Position numbers and translations under genes: made by a program. This document shows positions 10,878-21,147 of a stretch of DNA of 64,000 nt, one piece after another. The stretch is from the NCBI GenBank assembly GCA_963716725.1, contig CAVQUB010000009.1, forward strand, positions 1-64,000, in the 5' to 3' direction. Numbering within the stretch: position 1 is the stretch's first letter; every line of letters begins with the position of its first letter. The notes below the pieces were generated by a model, which had not been told where the DNA came from, made no database searches, and saw only the letters and a program-made list of their open reading frames with translations. This stretch comes from an uncultured delta proteobacterium (lineage in GTDB: Bacteria > Myxococcota_A > Polyangia > Polyangiales > Polyangiaceae).

Positions 10878-11932
10878 AGTAGAGGATCGGGCTGACCGAG
10901 CACGCACTTCGACAACAGCTCGCCAGCGGCCGCGCCAGCGGTCAGCCCATGACCGCCGAGGCCCGCCAGCCAGAAGAGGCCGCGCACCCGAGGATCGGCC
11001 CCGACCACGCTGGCTTTGTCGGGCGCGAAGGTCCGCAGGCAGGCCCAGTAGCGACGCAGGCGTGATCCCGCCAGCCGCGGCGCCATCTGGCCGAGGCGCT
11101 CGGCGAGCAACTCGACTGCGGCGGGATCAGCGGCCGGGTCCTCGGGGTGCCACGGCACCGCGTCACCTGGGCTCGCGAGCACCGCGCCGGACTCGGGGCG
11201 GAAGTACGCGCCGAGCTCAGCGTCCCACACCGTCGGCTGGTGGGCGGGCAGCGGCGCATCGGGTTCGAGTATCACCAAATGACGGCGCACCGGGGTGAGC
11301 GGCAGCGGAGCATCGCAGGTCGCACCGACTTGGCTCGCCCACGCGCCGCCTGCGATCACCACCACCTCGGCGCGGTGAACTTCGCCGCAGCTCTCGACAC
11401 CGGTCACCCGCCCGGCTTGGACCAAGACGCGTGCCGCGTCGTGTCCGAGCTCGATGCATCCGCCCCGCACGCGGATCTCTCGAGCCAGCGCCGTCGAGAT
11501 CGCGTGATTGTCGAGCACCCCTCCCCCAGGGACCCAGAGCGCGACCGTCGCGTGGCCCCCGGTGACGCTCGGGACTCGACTCACGAGCTCGCGCTGATCG
11601 ATCCACTCGTGCGCGATACCGACCTCGGTCGAGATCGCTGCCAGGGGTTCCAGTGCAGCGCGTGTGCGCGAGCTGAGCAGCAATCCGGTGGGCAGAAGCC
11701 ACGCTTCGCGGCTGCCCAGCAGCTCGTCCAGGAGCGCGGAGCTCCGCACCCCGAGCTCGGCAACGGCACGGGGTGACTCGACCGACCGGTAGATGGCGGC
11801 GTTCTTCCCCGAGCTGTGCGCGAAGAGCTGCGCCTCGCGCTCGAGCAGAGTCACGGCACCGGCGCGCGCTCGCACCAGGCCCCACGCGGCCGCAAGCCCT
11901 GCAATTCCTCCACCGACCACGACGATCGACAT
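10838..11932 (-). CDS. FAD-dependent oxidoreductase (DAO/glycine oxidase family)
   Basis: GGGIAG Rossmann motif, HSSGKNAA, IAGGAWA, GLGGHG. Confidence 0.9.
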   Translation of the reverse strand: MSIVVVGGGIAGLAAAWGLVRARAGAVTLLEREAQLFAHSSGKNAAIYRSVESPRAVAELGVRSSALLDELLGSREAWLLPTGLLLSSRTRAALEPLAAISTEVGIAHEWIDQRELVSRVPSVTGGHATVALWVPGGGVLDNHAISTALAREIRVRGGCIELGHDAARVLVQAGRVTGVESCGEVHRAEVVVIAGGAWASQVGATCDAPLPLTPVRRHLVILEPDAPLPAHQPTVWDAELGAYFRPESGAVLASPGDAVPWHPEDPAADPAAVELLAERLGQMAPRLAGSRLRRYWACLRTFAPDKASVVGADPRVRGLFWLAGLGGHGLTAGAAAGELLSKCVLGQPDPLLDALAPRRLLQVD

Positions 11933-12018
11933 GCGCGCTCTCGAAGCGGACGCCTTGACGCCCGAAAAATCCGCGGCAAAGCATACGCGCCTGCCGCCGC
12001 GCCGGCGACGATCATCTC

Positions 12019-13125
12019 ATGCACGACTCGCCCACCCCCGCCCCTCCCCGAGCCCGCCGCGCGGTCGTGGTTTGGCTCTGGCTGTGCGTGCTCGCGCTGT
12101 TTTCGATGATCGTGCTCGGTGGCGTGGTGCGCCTGACCGGATCGGGTCTGTCGATCACCGTCTGGCAGCCCATCCTCGGGGCCGTCCCTCCGCTCAGTGA
12201 CGCCGACTGGGACCACGCCTTCGGGCTGTACCGACAAAGCCCCGAGTTCAGGCACCTGCGACCCGACATGGATCTCTCGGCCTTCAAGGCCATCTTCTGG
12301 CCCGAATACCTGCACCGCTTGCTGGGCCGCAGCATCGGCGTGCTCGTGGCGGTGCCCTGCGCCTTCTTCTTGTACAAGAAGGTCCTCGGACGTCGGCTCG
12401 TTCGCCGCTTGGTGTTGCTCTTCGCGCTCGGGGGGCTGCAAGGGCTCATGGGCTGGCTCATGGTCGCCAGTGGCCTGGTCGACGCGCCGCACGTCAGTCA
12501 CTATCGACTCACGCTTCATCTCGGGCTCGGCTTTCTGCTCTTCGGTTTCGCCACATGGATCGCGATCGAGCAGACCCTCGGCGGCTTCGTGATCACAGGC
12601 GGCTGGCCACGACTGCGACGCGCGGTGGTGGTCTTCACGGTAGTGGCGGGCGTGACGGCGTTATCCGGTGGGCTGGTGGCCGGGCTGCGCGCCGGGCACG
12701 GCTTTCCAACCTTCCCACTCATGGCTGGCGCCTGGGTTCCTGCGGGGCTGACGGCGCTCTCGCCGGCCTGGCGTAACGGCTTCGATAACGTGATCACCGT
12801 GATGTTCCAGCACCGCGTGCTCGGCGTCGCCGTCTTGGTGTTCGCCATCGCGATGGCGATCGCGGCCCGCACGAGCGCAGTGCCGCGCCACGCGCGCATC
12901 GGCTTCGATCTGATCGTCGCTACCGTCTTCGCGCAAGTCACCTTGGGGATCGCCACGGTGCTGATGCACGTTCCGGTCGCCATCGCGGCGGCGCATCAGG
13001 GCAACGCCGCGCTGGTTTTCGCAGCGGCGCTCTACACCAGCTACGCGCTGGGTCGTTGGCCCGAGCAGGTGGAGCTGCCTGACGGCTTCCGGTCGACTCC
13101 GGACGCCGTGCCGCAAGCGACCTGA
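12019..13125 (+). CDS. ctaA: Heme A synthase COX15/CtaA
   Basis: GGVVRLTGSGLSITVW, EYLHRLLGR, VSHYRLTLHL, FQHR and AAAHQ motifs. Confidence 0.93.
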   Translation: MHDSPTPAPPRARRAVVVWLWLCVLALFSMIVLGGVVRLTGSGLSITVWQPILGAVPPLSDADWDHAFGLYRQSPEFRHLRPDMDLSAFKAIFWPEYLHRLLGRSIGVLVAVPCAFFLYKKVLGRRLVRRLVLLFALGGLQGLMGWLMVASGLVDAPHVSHYRLTLHLGLGFLLFGFATWIAIEQTLGGFVITGGWPRLRRAVVVFTVVAGVTALSGGLVAGLRAGHGFPTFPLMAGAWVPAGLTALSPAWRNGFDNVITVMFQHRVLGVAVLVFAIAMAIAARTSAVPRHARIGFDLIVATVFAQVTLGIATVLMHVPVAIAAAHQGNAALVFAAALYTSYALGRWPEQVELPDGFRSTPDAVPQAT

Positions 13126-13472
13126 CTCGAGGCCGGGATTTCAGCGCTGACGGAGCCGGCGGTCGACGGTGCCGAGCGGCTCCTCGATCACGGTGCGCCG
13201 CACCGGGGCGCGATCCGCTGAGCCCTTCAGCAGCAGATAGCCACGACGGGGCACCACCCGACTCGGTCCCGGTTGCACTGGTTGCCAGGTAGTCCCGGAG
13301 TAGGAACGCTGTCGCTTCGCTTGGCTCACTTCGGCTCTCCTCGAGGCTTCGACCGTGCAACGCACGTGCCGCCAAATCGATTCCCCGCTCGCCCCCGGGA
13401 ACACCGACAAATGCCGCGTGCGCGGGGGCCACCGATAGCCGACTGACGATGACTGCCGTTCGGAGAGTGGCG

Positions 13473-15758
13473 TCAGCGCCACACCCGAGACGCATCGAGG
13501 GGACGAGTCAGGTCCTCGGGACGGATCAGCCACTCCGGCTCCGCCACCCCATTCATCCGATAGAACCCGCCGCAGAACACCTTTCGGGCGCATGTCCCAC
13601 ACCTCGCCTCGTACTGGCGTTGGGTGCGCAGGTACTCGAACAGGTTCACCTCGTCGTTGTTCACGAAGAGCATGTGGCGCTCGAGCTTGAGCAGATCTCC
13701 GACCAGGTAGCGCTCGTAGCCCGGCATGAAGCACCAGGGCAGGTTGATCACGCTGAGCTTCATGCGTTCGGCCCAGGTGTCGATGACTCGCATGACGATG
13801 GTCGCCGCTTCGTTCGTATCCGGCGCCACGGTCTCGGTCGCGCGGCCGAAGGGTGTCAGGAACTGGATGTTGAACCAACGCAGCCCGAGTTGATGGACGA
13901 GCGCCGCGATCTCGTCGAGGTGGCGGTGATTGGAGAGCGTCAGCGTCACGTTGGCGCCCAGCTCGAGCCCGGGAGGCGCTGATTCGCTCACGTTTCGGAT
14001 GCCAGCCAGGGTCTGATCGAAGGCCTCGGGCACTCCGACGTTGGCGGCGTGCAGGTGCCGACTCGGGCCATGCAGGCTGAACAAGATGCTGGTCACGCCG
14101 CTGTGAGCGAGCTTCCGGGCGTACTCCGGGTAGAAGGCCATGCGCCCGTTGGTGGTGACGTTCACCTTCTCGTAGCCGATGGCGCGGGCGTGGCGGATCA
14201 GCGGGAAGAGCTTGTCGTAGAGAGTCGGCTCGCCCCCGTCGAGATCGAGCAGCGCTACCCCAAGGCGCCGGTATTTCTCCAAGAGTTCGATCTGCCGCTC
14301 GTAGTTCCCGTCGAGCTGCGTGCGAGTTCCGACTGCGCAGAAGGTGCAGCGGTTGTTGCACTTGTAGGTCACGTTCATGATGACCTTCTTCGGTCCTTGC
14401 ATGGCGGACAGGCGCAGATCGAAGGTCTCTTTGAAACGCTCGAGCTCGGCGGGCGGAGCTGCTTCGTTGGTCGGGCTCGCGCGCTGCTGAAAATAGGGGC
14501 CGAAATCCGAGACCACGGGCAGCCCGCGAACGCTGCTCGCGAGGCGGGTCCCCGGCAGCGGGGTTGCGAACTGCACGCTGGGGAGTGCTCCGGTGTGTTC
14601 GCGCAGATCGAGGGCAAACTCGAGCGTCTGGTTGATCTCTTCCGCAGTCTCCCCGGGCAGGCCGATGATGAAGTGCACGAGGAGCGGGATGTCGGCCGCC
14701 TGAGCCCGCTCCGCGACCCGGGTGACCTGATCGAGGTCCAGATCCTTCTGAACGATTTCGCTCACCACACGCTGCACGCCGCTCTCGGCGCTGATGCTCA
14801 GCGTGGTGATCCGCCCCGCAGCGCGTCGATCTGTCCATCGCTCAGATGATCGGCCCGGAGCCCGTTGGGGATCTCGAGCTTCAGGTCGCGCTCCTGCACC
14901 AACTCGAGCAGCGCATCAAAATGAGCCGCGCTTGCGTTGGCGAGCTCGTCGAGCACGTGGACTCGGCGGGCACCGAGGGAGACCAGTTGGTCGAGGTGTC
15001 GGGCCATGCCCGCGCGGGACAACCGACGCTGTCGCTTCGGGGCGCCGGCGGCGAGCCCCGGATTCGAGGAGCAATGGATGCACCGATAGGGGCAGCCACG
15101 AGACGTCAACAGCGGCAGCGATCGGCCGTCGATGGGGAAGGCCCAGCTCGGGCGACCGAGCGCGGCCATCACGCGATCGTGCAAGGCAAAGCGCGCCTCG
15201 ATCTCGATGGCGTCCCACGCCGGCAGCGGCAGCGCGTCGAGATCCGGCGGCTCCGTTCCGACGACGACCTCGGCCGCGGCGGGCCGCCCGTTGGCCAATC
15301 GGCTGATCAGATCGGGCAAGACGGCTTCGGCCTCGTAGCGCAAGAGCACGTCGATCTCGGGGTAGGCCGCCAGCACTTCGGCGCTGTCGAGATCGAGGTA
15401 GTGCTGGCCGCTCTGGTAGAGATCGGCGAGCACCGTCGGACATTCCGGGTACCGCTCTCGGACGAGCGCGAGCACCTCGGCCAGCGCAGGGTCCCGGGAG
15501 GGTGGCCGATGGAAGGGCGTCGTCGCCACCACGAAGACGTCCGCTGCCGGAAGCTCAGCGATCCGCGAGCCGATGGCGAACAAGTTGGGGTCGAGCGCGC
15601 GCGCGACCGGGGAGGCCAACGCGTCGACCACGGCCACGTCGTGTCCGGCCTCAGCGAGCGCGGCGGCCGCCGAGAGCGCCCCCAGGTCGGCGAAAATGGG
15701 TAGTCGACGAAATCGCGGGACACCACAGGGGCGGGAAGACGACCGCGATCTTCGCCAT
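13473..15758 (-). CDS. B12-binding-like radical SAM fused to a second (HxsC-like) radical SAM domain; split by probable sequencing frameshifts (~15725, ~15695, ~14815)
   Basis: Stitched read: MAKIAVVFPP / SRDFVDYP / ADLGALSAAA...TSRGCPYRCIHC...IPNGLRAD / SISAESGVQRV...FIIGLPGET...CNNRCTFC...GGEPTL...TTNG...CGTCARKVFCGG. Confidence 0.8.
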
Positions 15759-15842
15759 GACCCTGCAAGCGTAGCGTGGATGCCGGCCCGCGAGCGAGAA
15801 GCCCTTGACCTCGGGCGGGGTGGCGGCAGATACCGGGAATCG

Positions 15843-16478
15843 ATGAGACCGAGAGCCGTGGTGGTGAGCCTTCTCGTGGTGACGGCCACGGCGCCGACCG
15901 CGCTCGGTGTGGAGAACGACTGGGAGGGCAACTTCGGCATCGAGGCGGAGCGGCGCAGCGACTTCACGGCCGGGCTCTCGGTGGGCGTGCTCGCAGGAAC
16001 GGCCTACGGCTACCCGAACGAAGCCAGCAAGATCGGCAACGACCGCTACGTCGCGGACACGGGTGTCGGGGTCGGAAGTGCGCAGACTCTGTGGATCGGC
16101 GGCGCGCTGCGCGACTGGTTCACCTTCGCTGTCGGCTACTGGAACGTCGGGTACTCCGCGAACGATCTCGACGCCTCGGGCTTCGGCGTGCTGTTTCGCG
16201 TGGAGACCTTCCCGCTCTGGTCCCAAGGCGGCGTGTGGCGCGACGTGGGCCTCTACGGGGACTTCGGCCTCGGTGGCATGACGCTGAAGTCGGGCGACCA
16301 GACGCATGCTGACGGCGGCGCGCTGAGCATCCTCGGCATCGGAGCGTTCTGGGAGCCGGTTCGCTTCGGCATCTTCTCCTTCGGCCCGAACGTCGAGTTC
16401 ATGCACCTGTACAGCCAAACGCTGACCATGAGCAGCGCGACCGTCGGGGCGCGGTTGGTGATCTACACGGGGCCGTGA
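15843..16478 (+). CDS. Secreted outer-membrane beta-barrel-like protein
   Basis: Signal peptide followed by amphipathic beta-strands rich in G/F/Y/W. Confidence 0.7.
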   Translation: MRPRAVVVSLLVVTATAPTALGVENDWEGNFGIEAERRSDFTAGLSVGVLAGTAYGYPNEASKIGNDRYVADTGVGVGSAQTLWIGGALRDWFTFAVGYWNVGYSANDLDASGFGVLFRVETFPLWSQGGVWRDVGLYGDFGLGGMTLKSGDQTHADGGALSILGIGAFWEPVRFGIFSFGPNVEFMHLYSQTLTMSSATVGARLVIYTGP

Positions 16479-16521
16479 ACGAGAAACGCGCCTCGACGCC
16501 GGCTCGGCTGAGGTCGCCGGC

Positions 16522-17553
16522 TCACGCGCCGAGGAGCACGCCGATGGTGGCGAGTCCGAAGACCAAGAGCGAGCCCAGGGCGAACACACCCGCGATGGCG
16601 CCGCTCGTTCCCCCGAGCCACTTGCCCAGGGACGAGCCCTCGACGCGCGCGACCCGGAAGTGGAGCGCCGCTCCAATGGCGAATTCCGTCGCGATCAGCA
16701 GCAACACAAAGGCGAAGAGCGCCATGGCGACGAACGCGTTCGGGCCCCCGCCCGCTGCCGGCGCGCCGGACGCTCGGGACAGCTCTTCGATCCCGAGGTT
16801 CACTCCGATGGCCGACACCATGAAGATGCCCACGCTCAGCAGCATGACCGCGCCGCGACCAAGAACGGCACCGGTGCTGCGCACCGAGCCCGAGAGCGCC
16901 AGCGCCAGGCCCGTGAGCCCCATCAGCGCGCTGAGCCCGACCCCGCCGAGCCCCCACGTCAGCGACTTTGCGACGGCGCTGATCGCCAGCGAGTCGAGGA
17001 TCACCAGCACGCCGACGGTCCCCGCGAGCAGCGCGGCGAGCCCGCTCAGCACGGCGAGCACCTTGCAGGTCACCGAGAGGAAACGCGATGTGCCGTCCTT
17101 CTTGCTGCGATGGACGCGCGCATAAAGCGTCGCCGCGTAGGCGAGTTCGACGGTGATCAGAACAGCTGCCACCGCGGGCAGAAGTAAGAAGCAGTAGACC
17201 GCTCCCAGAGTCCCGACCACGCGCGAGTCGATCAGCACCATCAGCGCCACGGTCAGGCAAAACGCCGACGCGACGAAGGTGCCGAGCGCGATGATGGAGA
17301 TCACACCGCGCGAGAACACGAGCAAGCTCGAGTCGAGCGCCGCGACGAAGCGCGGGGAAAACGCCACGACGCCCAAGGCGACGCCCACCAGCAGGCCGAT
17401 GACAGCGAATGGCGTCATGCCCCAGGCCAGAGCGCGGACGACCTCCTTGCCGAAGAGCGATGGCATGGCGCTGTTGGCCCAGGCGCGCGCACAGGCGAAG
17501 AACACCAGGAGCGCTGCACTGCCCGCAACACGATGATGCCGCTCGTTGGACAT
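16522..17553 (-). CDS. Multi-pass membrane protein (hypothetical)
   Basis: About 10 hydrophobic segments. Confidence 0.65.
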   Translation of the reverse strand: MSNERHHRVAGSAALLVFFACARAWANSAMPSLFGKEVVRALAWGMTPFAVIGLLVGVALGVVAFSPRFVAALDSSLLVFSRGVISIIALGTFVASAFCLTVALMVLIDSRVVGTLGAVYCFLLLPAVAAVLITVELAYAATLYARVHRSKKDGTSRFLSVTCKVLAVLSGLAALLAGTVGVLVILDSLAISAVAKSLTWGLGGVGLSALMGLTGLALALSGSVRSTGAVLGRGAVMLLSVGIFMVSAIGVNLGIEELSRASGAPAAGGGPNAFVAMALFAFVLLLIATEFAIGAALHFRVARVEGSSLGKWLGGTSGAIAGVFALGSLLVFGLATIGVLLGA

Positions 17554-17615
17554 GGCTCTCGTCCCCCTGGCGCCACTCAATAGCATGGAGTACGGACTCT
17601 CCGAGGGCTGCAACC

Positions 17616-18368
17616 ATGACCGACGCTGGCACCAGGGAGCGAAGTCCACGGCGCTGGCTGTCGGTGGGTCTGTTCTTGGCCTCGGTGCTGGCGCTCTTGG
17701 CCACTTCGCCGGCGCGATGGAGGAAACCTGCGATCCTGGTTGGACCCGCGACGGCGGCGAGCGGGCGCGGGCTCGAGCTGGTCATCACGTCGAGCGAAGC
17801 GCCGAGGATCCGCACGCGCGGCCTGCCGGCGCCGCCCAACCACCGCGACGAGCCGTGTCTTGCGCCGTGGTCGGCTTCGACTCGGCTCTCGTGTCTGTTG
17901 CCCCCGGGAACGCTGATCGAAGAGGTCGCGATCGACGGCTACTGCGGCGGGTGCACCGGACCCTGCGTCGCGCCCAAGGGAGCGTTCGTGACCGCGGAGA
18001 GCGCCGAGGTCGACGTCTGGAAAGCGGTGGTCACCGCCAAGTCGGTGCTGTCGGTACCGGATCACGCCGTCGACTACATCGCGACGCGTTTCGCGGTCGC
18101 CGTCGACGGGGCCGAATTCATCGAGGTCGAGATCGAGATCGTCGCGGTGAGCAGCGGCGCTACGGTGGTCAAAGTCCGGCAGACCTGCTCGCGCGATGGG
18201 CGGCACCCGTCCCCCGTTTGCCAGTTCTCGCTCGAGGACGACAAACTTCCGGTCAAGCCCATGGACGTATCGCTCTCGGTGACCGCGACCGGCTGGGGTC
18301 GTTGCAGCTCGGGCTCGTGCATCTCTCCGGGAACGCTGCGTGTGGTCTCGACGACGGTGCAAAAATGA
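17616..18368 (+). CDS. Secreted Cys-containing hypothetical protein
   Basis: N-terminal hydrophobic segment ending LLATS; translationally coupled to the next gene. Confidence 0.6.
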   Translation: MTDAGTRERSPRRWLSVGLFLASVLALLATSPARWRKPAILVGPATAASGRGLELVITSSEAPRIRTRGLPAPPNHRDEPCLAPWSASTRLSCLLPPGTLIEEVAIDGYCGGCTGPCVAPKGAFVTAESAEVDVWKAVVTAKSVLSVPDHAVDYIATRFAVAVDGAEFIEVEIEIVAVSSGATVVKVRQTCSRDGRHPSPVCQFSLEDDKLPVKPMDVSLSVTATGWGRCSSGSCISPGTLRVVSTTVQK

Positions 18369-18907
18369 GCCGCCTACCCCTGGGCTCCGTGTTGACGCAC
18401 CCGATCGCGGTGGTCGCGCTCGTGGTTCTGGTCGTCAACGATCATGTGCTCAAGCCAGCGTACCCGGGCTTTATCACCGGCAAGCTCTCGGACTTCGCCG
18501 GCATGGTGCTCGCGCCGCTGGTGCTCGTCGCCGTCGTCGACGCGATCGCACCGGTGAGGGCCTGGATGGGCTGGGCGAGCGCGGTGGCGGTCGGGTGTGC
18601 GTTTGCGTTGTGCAAGACCTGGGCGCCGGCGACGGAGGTCTACGAAGCGGGATTGGCGCTGGCGCGGGCTCCATTTCAGTGGGCGCTGTCGGCGCTGCTC
18701 GAGCGTCCGCCGTCGGCCGAGCGCGTCGTGCTGGTTCGCGACGCCAGCGATCTGATCGCGCTGCCGATGGGCGCGGTGGCGGCGTGGGTGGCTGGTGGGC
18801 GGGGGAGGAGATCAGCGCACGTCCACGATCGTCAACTCCCGACTCGTGCCGCGGGCCTCGAGCACGTCGCCGACTCGCGCCCCAAGCAGCGTCTGACCGC
18901 GCGGTGA
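18365..18907 (+). CDS. Conserved hypothetical membrane protein (NDHxLK...TGKLSDFAG family)
   Basis: VNDHVLKPAYPGFITGKLSDFAG and DASDLIALP motifs. The 3' end overlaps the convergent gene. Confidence 0.7.
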   Translation: MSRLPLGSVLTHPIAVVALVVLVVNDHVLKPAYPGFITGKLSDFAGMVLAPLVLVAVVDAIAPVRAWMGWASAVAVGCAFALCKTWAPATEVYEAGLALARAPFQWALSALLERPPSAERVVLVRDASDLIALPMGAVAAWVAGGRGRRSAHVHDRQLPTRAAGLEHVADSRPKQRLTAR

Positions 18908-19303
18908 CTGCGGCGTCACGACCTGCACTTGCGACGATCCCACGGTCAACCGGATGCCACCGCCGAAGGGCGCCAGGAACAAGGTCGTGCGTGCGCCGTC
19001 TTCGTCTTCCAGGGTCACGATGGCCGACGACTGGATGGTCTTCCCCTCGCCAAAGTCCAAGAGCGGCATGCCCTTCACGGCTTTGATGGCGCCCTCGAGC
19101 TCGCGGGCGCGCGCGGCCTGGGCTCCCGCAAGGTACGACGCTTCGAGAGCGCGGGTGTCCTTGTCGTTCTCGGGCTTCGATTCCTCGTGGGTCGCGGCCT
19201 CTCGTGCTTGCCGCGCCGCGCGCTTCATGGTGGCGAGCTCGTCGTCGAGTTGGGCCACGAGCGCTGCGACCAGCGCCTGCTTGGTCTGACTGTCGCCCTT
19301 CAC
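18812..19303 (-). CDS. GreA/GreB-family transcription elongation factor-like protein
   Basis: ATHEESKPENDKDTRALEASYLA and VVTPQSPRGQTLLGARVGD motifs. Confidence 0.85.
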   Translation of the reverse strand: MKGDSQTKQALVAALVAQLDDELATMKRAARQAREAATHEESKPENDKDTRALEASYLAGAQAARARELEGAIKAVKGMPLLDFGEGKTIQSSAIVTLEDEDGARTTLFLAPFGGGIRLTVGSSQVQVVTPQSPRGQTLLGARVGDVLEARGTSRELTIVDVR

Positions 19304-19362
19304 CCGAGCAATATGCCACAGAGCTTTCCGCTCGCAGCCTCGTCTGATAGCCCGAGAGGCAG

Positions 19363-20244
19363 ATGCCTCGCAGACCAGAGGATCGCGATCGAGCCGTCGT
19401 CCTGGCTCGACGCGCGCGCTTCATCGCCACGGCGTTGGCGAGCGTCGGAGTTGGGCTGCACCCGGCCCTCGGCTTCGCTCGCGCCGAATCCGAGGAGGGT
19501 CCCCCTGCTGGTGACGCCGCCCCCGATCCCGAGGAGAAGGGTCCGCGCATTTGCCTCTCGGACATCGACATCGAGGGCGAAGCGATTCCGGGCTGCGATG
19601 ACGACGGGCAGCCGCCCGGCTGCTACGCCGAGCCGTGTCTGTCGGCGCCGCGGGGAGTGCCGCCACACGTTTGTCTCTCCGACGTGCCGCCGCAGGTGTG
19701 TCTCTCGATCGCGCCCGCGTCAGACAACCTCCCGTACCACCACGACGGCTTCTACTTGCGAGCCGGCGCGCTCGGGGGTGTGCTCTCGCTCTCGACGGAC
19801 GCAGACCGGACCGCGCGCACGAACACGGGCATCGCATTCGGAGGCCAGCTCGCTCTCGGCATGACTGTGGCGCCGGGTGTGGTCGTCGGGATTGGCGGCA
19901 GCGTGCTGCACGCTCCCACCTCCAACACGAGCGCGCAAAGCTCCCTCGCGATCTGGCAGGTCGGGCCCTGGCTCGACGTCTTCGCGGGTGATCGCGGTGG
20001 GTGGCACGGAACGTTGTCGCTCGCGCCGACGGTGCTCAGGGCGCGCGATGCGCAGGGCGTGATCTCGGGCGTGGGCTTCGGCGGATCGCTGTGGCTCGGT
20101 TACGACGCATGGCTCGGCCCCGACTGGTCCATCGGTGTGGCCGGCGGAGGCATGCTGGGCTTTGCGTCTGGCAAGCGCGAGGACCAGTCCGTCGCGCTCC
20201 GTGCTCGAGCGCTGGCGCTCGCGGCGACGCTGCTCTGGCATTGA
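19363..20244 (+). CDS. Exported protein with ARRARFI leader, 4x P-x(0-2)-CLS repeats and a C-terminal beta-barrel
   Basis: PRICLS, EPCLS, PHVCLS, PQVCLS, then HHDGFYLR...GYDAW barrel-type strands. Confidence 0.7.
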   Translation: MPRRPEDRDRAVVLARRARFIATALASVGVGLHPALGFARAESEEGPPAGDAAPDPEEKGPRICLSDIDIEGEAIPGCDDDGQPPGCYAEPCLSAPRGVPPHVCLSDVPPQVCLSIAPASDNLPYHHDGFYLRAGALGGVLSLSTDADRTARTNTGIAFGGQLALGMTVAPGVVVGIGGSVLHAPTSNTSAQSSLAIWQVGPWLDVFAGDRGGWHGTLSLAPTVLRARDAQGVISGVGFGGSLWLGYDAWLGPDWSIGVAGGGMLGFASGKREDQSVALRARALALAATLLWH

Positions 20245-20256
20245 AGCGACAGATCT

Positions 20257-21147
20257 TCAGCCCGGCCGGACGCCGCTCACCACGCGCTCATGTCCGCCCA
20301 AGTCACGGCGCTTGTCGAGGTCGACGAAGCCCGCGGCAGCGAACAACTCCGCCACGCGGTCGGCCTGGTCGTACTGGACCTCGAGGGCGAGCACGCCGGA
20401 GGGCGCGAGTCGCGGGCCCGCGTCGGCGACGATGCGTCGAATCAGGTCGAGCCCGTCCTCGCCGGAGCTGAGCGCGAGCTTGGGCTCGAAGTCGCGGATC
20501 GACTTGTCGAGCTTCGCGACCTCGGCGCCCGACACGTAGGGCGGATTGGCTGTGATCAGATCGAAGCGTTGGTCCGCCGCGATGGCGTCGAAGAGATCGC
20601 CGGCCGCGAAGTGCATGCCGAAGATCGCGCCGAGGCGCTGAGCGTTCTCGAAGGCCAGCGCGAGGGCGGCCTCCGACAGATCCGTCGCGGTCACGCGCCA
20701 GGTGGGTCGCTGCTTGGCAAAGGCGATGGCGACGCAGCCGGATCCCGTGCACAGATCGAGCGCGTTGCCGAACATGTCGCGCGAGCGTGTCCGCTCCAGA
20801 GCGACCTCGACCAGCGTCTCGGTGTCCGGGCGCGGGATGAGCACTCGCGCGTCCACGCGAAACTCGTGCCCGAAGAACTCGCGCCGCCCCAAGATGTAGG
20901 CGATGGGCTCGCCGCCCCGCCGACGCTTGATCAAGTCGCGAAACCTGCCGAGCTCGGCCGGCGCGAGGGGTCGCCTGCTCTCGACGATCAGGCGAATGCG
21001 GTCGAGGCCGAGAGCCTCGGCGAGGAGCAGCTCCGCGTCCAGACGAGCGCTGTCGATGCCACGGCCTTTGAAGTCGTCGCTGGCCCAGGTGAGGACCCGA
21101 GCGATGGTCCAGTCCTCGGGGCCCGACGTCTGCACGGCTTCGGTCAT
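20257..21147 (-). CDS. prmC: Release factor glutamine methyltransferase
   Basis: GEPIAYILG, VLIPRPDTE, DLCTGSG, NPPY motifs. Confidence 0.95.
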   Translation of the reverse strand: MTEAVQTSGPEDWTIARVLTWASDDFKGRGIDSARLDAELLLAEALGLDRIRLIVESRRPLAPAELGRFRDLIKRRRGGEPIAYILGRREFFGHEFRVDARVLIPRPDTETLVEVALERTRSRDMFGNALDLCTGSGCVAIAFAKQRPTWRVTATDLSEAALALAFENAQRLGAIFGMHFAAGDLFDAIAADQRFDLITANPPYVSGAEVAKLDKSIRDFEPKLALSSGEDGLDLIRRIVADAGPRLAPSGVLALEVQYDQADRVAELFAAAGFVDLDKRRDLGGHERVVSGVRPG

